Both the position numbers and the translations under genes were made by a program. The notes below the pieces were generated by a model, which worked only from the letters and a program-made list of their open reading frames with translations, did no database searches and was not told the DNA's origin. Shown here piece by piece: positions 62,384-64,000 of a stretch of DNA of 64,000 bases. Source of the DNA: Octopus sinensis (lineage: Eukaryota); NCBI RefSeq assembly GCF_006345805.1, contig NC_043010.1, positions 6,014,001-6,078,000 of the forward strand. Reading direction: 5' to 3'. How positions within the stretch are numbered: position 1 is the first letter of the stretch; every line of letters starts with the position of its first letter.

Positions 62384-62625
62384 CAACAGTTGTCAGTTGT
62401 TTATATTGTTCTTAATGAACTTTTTCAATGTTCTGGCAACACAAAGTTTTAATAGTGGCAGAAGTTCTGAGTAGTTTGGTATGTAATAGTTTTATATAGT
62501 TCTATCAAGTTGGTTGTGTAGTGTGTAATGTGTGTTGTAGCCAATGACAAGCTGTCTTTTATTCCAATGCAGGGAAACGGAAATACAGCCTCCAACTTTT
62601 GCAGTAAATGATGGGCAGACTCACA
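62384..62625 (-). promoter_or_regulatory. Conserved promoter cassette + leader exon of gene 6
   Basis: agCCAATgacaagctg from 62539; donor at 62384/62383. Confidence 0.8.
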
Positions 62626-64000
62626 AAATATTTCACTTAGACACACTCATGTATAGATACATACATATACATGTGTGTGGTGAGAAGAAACCCAACTAAA
62701 TGGATGGAAATATTAATAAAGTTTAAAGCAATGAAATATAAAATTAAAGTCTATTAAAAATAAATTACATTTTAATTTTAATGCATAAAAGTTATTTTCT
62801 AACTTCAGTCAAAGTTATAAAACTTTTCATCTCAGATTTCTCTTTGACTTTTCAAAATTATCTGCTTGAGATAAACTTAATAAATGTTATTGAATAATAT
62901 TTTTAGAAGTTAATTTCATTATAAAATTGTTGAGCTCATTTGAAAATACGAAATTATGGCTCCAAATAATTGTATTCAATAATGATTAGAAAATGGCCAC
63001 TTATTTCTAATGTTCCCTGTAGAAAATAAAAAGTATGAAATGGAAAATGTGTCTATGGAGTTTTCACATTTGAGACTTAACATAAATATCAATTAAAATT
63101 GATCTCAATTCATTTCTGTTACATTCTTATATCATATAGCTAATTATGTAAAAAAAAATTTTGTTCTTTTCTTTTCTTCTTTGGAAACTCCTAGTTTCCT
63201 TAACAACTAATCAATAATGCATATTCTTTATATTGTTTAGAAATGGTAAACTATGGCTGAATATTAAGAAACACATATGTATTTTGTATATTTTGATAAC
63301 AAGGGGAAATGCATTGCTTTTTCTGTACTTAAATGAAAGTTAATCTATTTATGATAGGGTAATTTCAATACTTGGCCTATCAGCAATGCGTTTTATAAAA
63401 TTCCCAGAAAGTATAATGGATAGATGTGTTATGTATTTTTGTATGGCTTCACGATGTATATCCAGATAGTGTAAGTATATATACTCTGATAGCTTCCAAA
63501 ACACGAATGGTTATAAGTTCCCCCCAAGCACACCTTGGTAGATATCAACTGGTCGTTTGGGAGGATATTTCACTCTTAAATGTACCAGTCACTCCAGATA
63601 TTTTGATAATTCCATTATATTTCCTTTTTCTTATTTCTTGGAGTCAATTAAAGATCAAATTTGAAAATATATGGATCATATATTTAAGGTTTATAACATT
63701 GGTATTATATAATTCTGGTCAGACATACTCTGAAGTATTTCTTGAGCAAGCATTATTGAAATACATTATGATTATTTTTTTTATATACTTTCATTCAAAA
63801 TATTCATTGTAATATACAAACTGTTATATAAATAAAAATTATTTTTGATATAGTTAATAATAAGATAAGCTTAAATCATGCAAACAAGTATAGAAGACCC
63901 TGGCAAATGATTGGCAAGGTCGTCTCCGGTGGGATATAATTTGAACTTAGTACACGAACAAGCATAGAATACGACCAAGTATTTAGTCACTCGGTATACT

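Noticed and set aside
1-64000. CRISPR arrays, rRNA or prokaryotic systems
   Set aside because: None seen; the sequence is intron-containing animal DNA and the repeats are dispersed or microsatellite types.

Overview
AT-rich eukaryotic genomic DNA, most likely an octopus (coleoid cephalopod); this taxon call is inferred from the protocadherin type and repeat content. The window holds a head-to-tail cluster of protocadherin genes, all on the minus strand: five intact genes, one with frameshifts (49-51 kb) and one 5'-deleted remnant (25.8-28.2 kb). Each complete unit has the same layout. A conserved promoter cassette and non-coding leader exon come first. One large exon encodes the signal peptide, EC1-EC6, the TM helix and the juxtamembrane region. 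A 151-nt exon and a Pro-rich terminal exon follow. The ORF track misses this splicing, so it gives wrong C-termini for all six large ORFs and wrong starts for three. Main observations: (i) a ~240-bp promoter/leader cassette is repeated before every gene; (ii) late EC4 to EC6 and the TM are homogenised at nucleotide level, while EC2-EC4 are a variable patchwork; (iii) all paralogs have lost the Ca2+-binding motifs at the EC3-EC4 linker; (iv) the truncated unit keeps intact, phase-compatible tail exons. Introns and spacers carry SINEs, CR1-type LINE ends, non-autonomous Helitrons, a Penelope-like element, Ty3/gypsy and Tc1/mariner remnants, a piggyBac-type MITE and microsatellites. All alignments were done by eye, and repeat boundaries are approximate.
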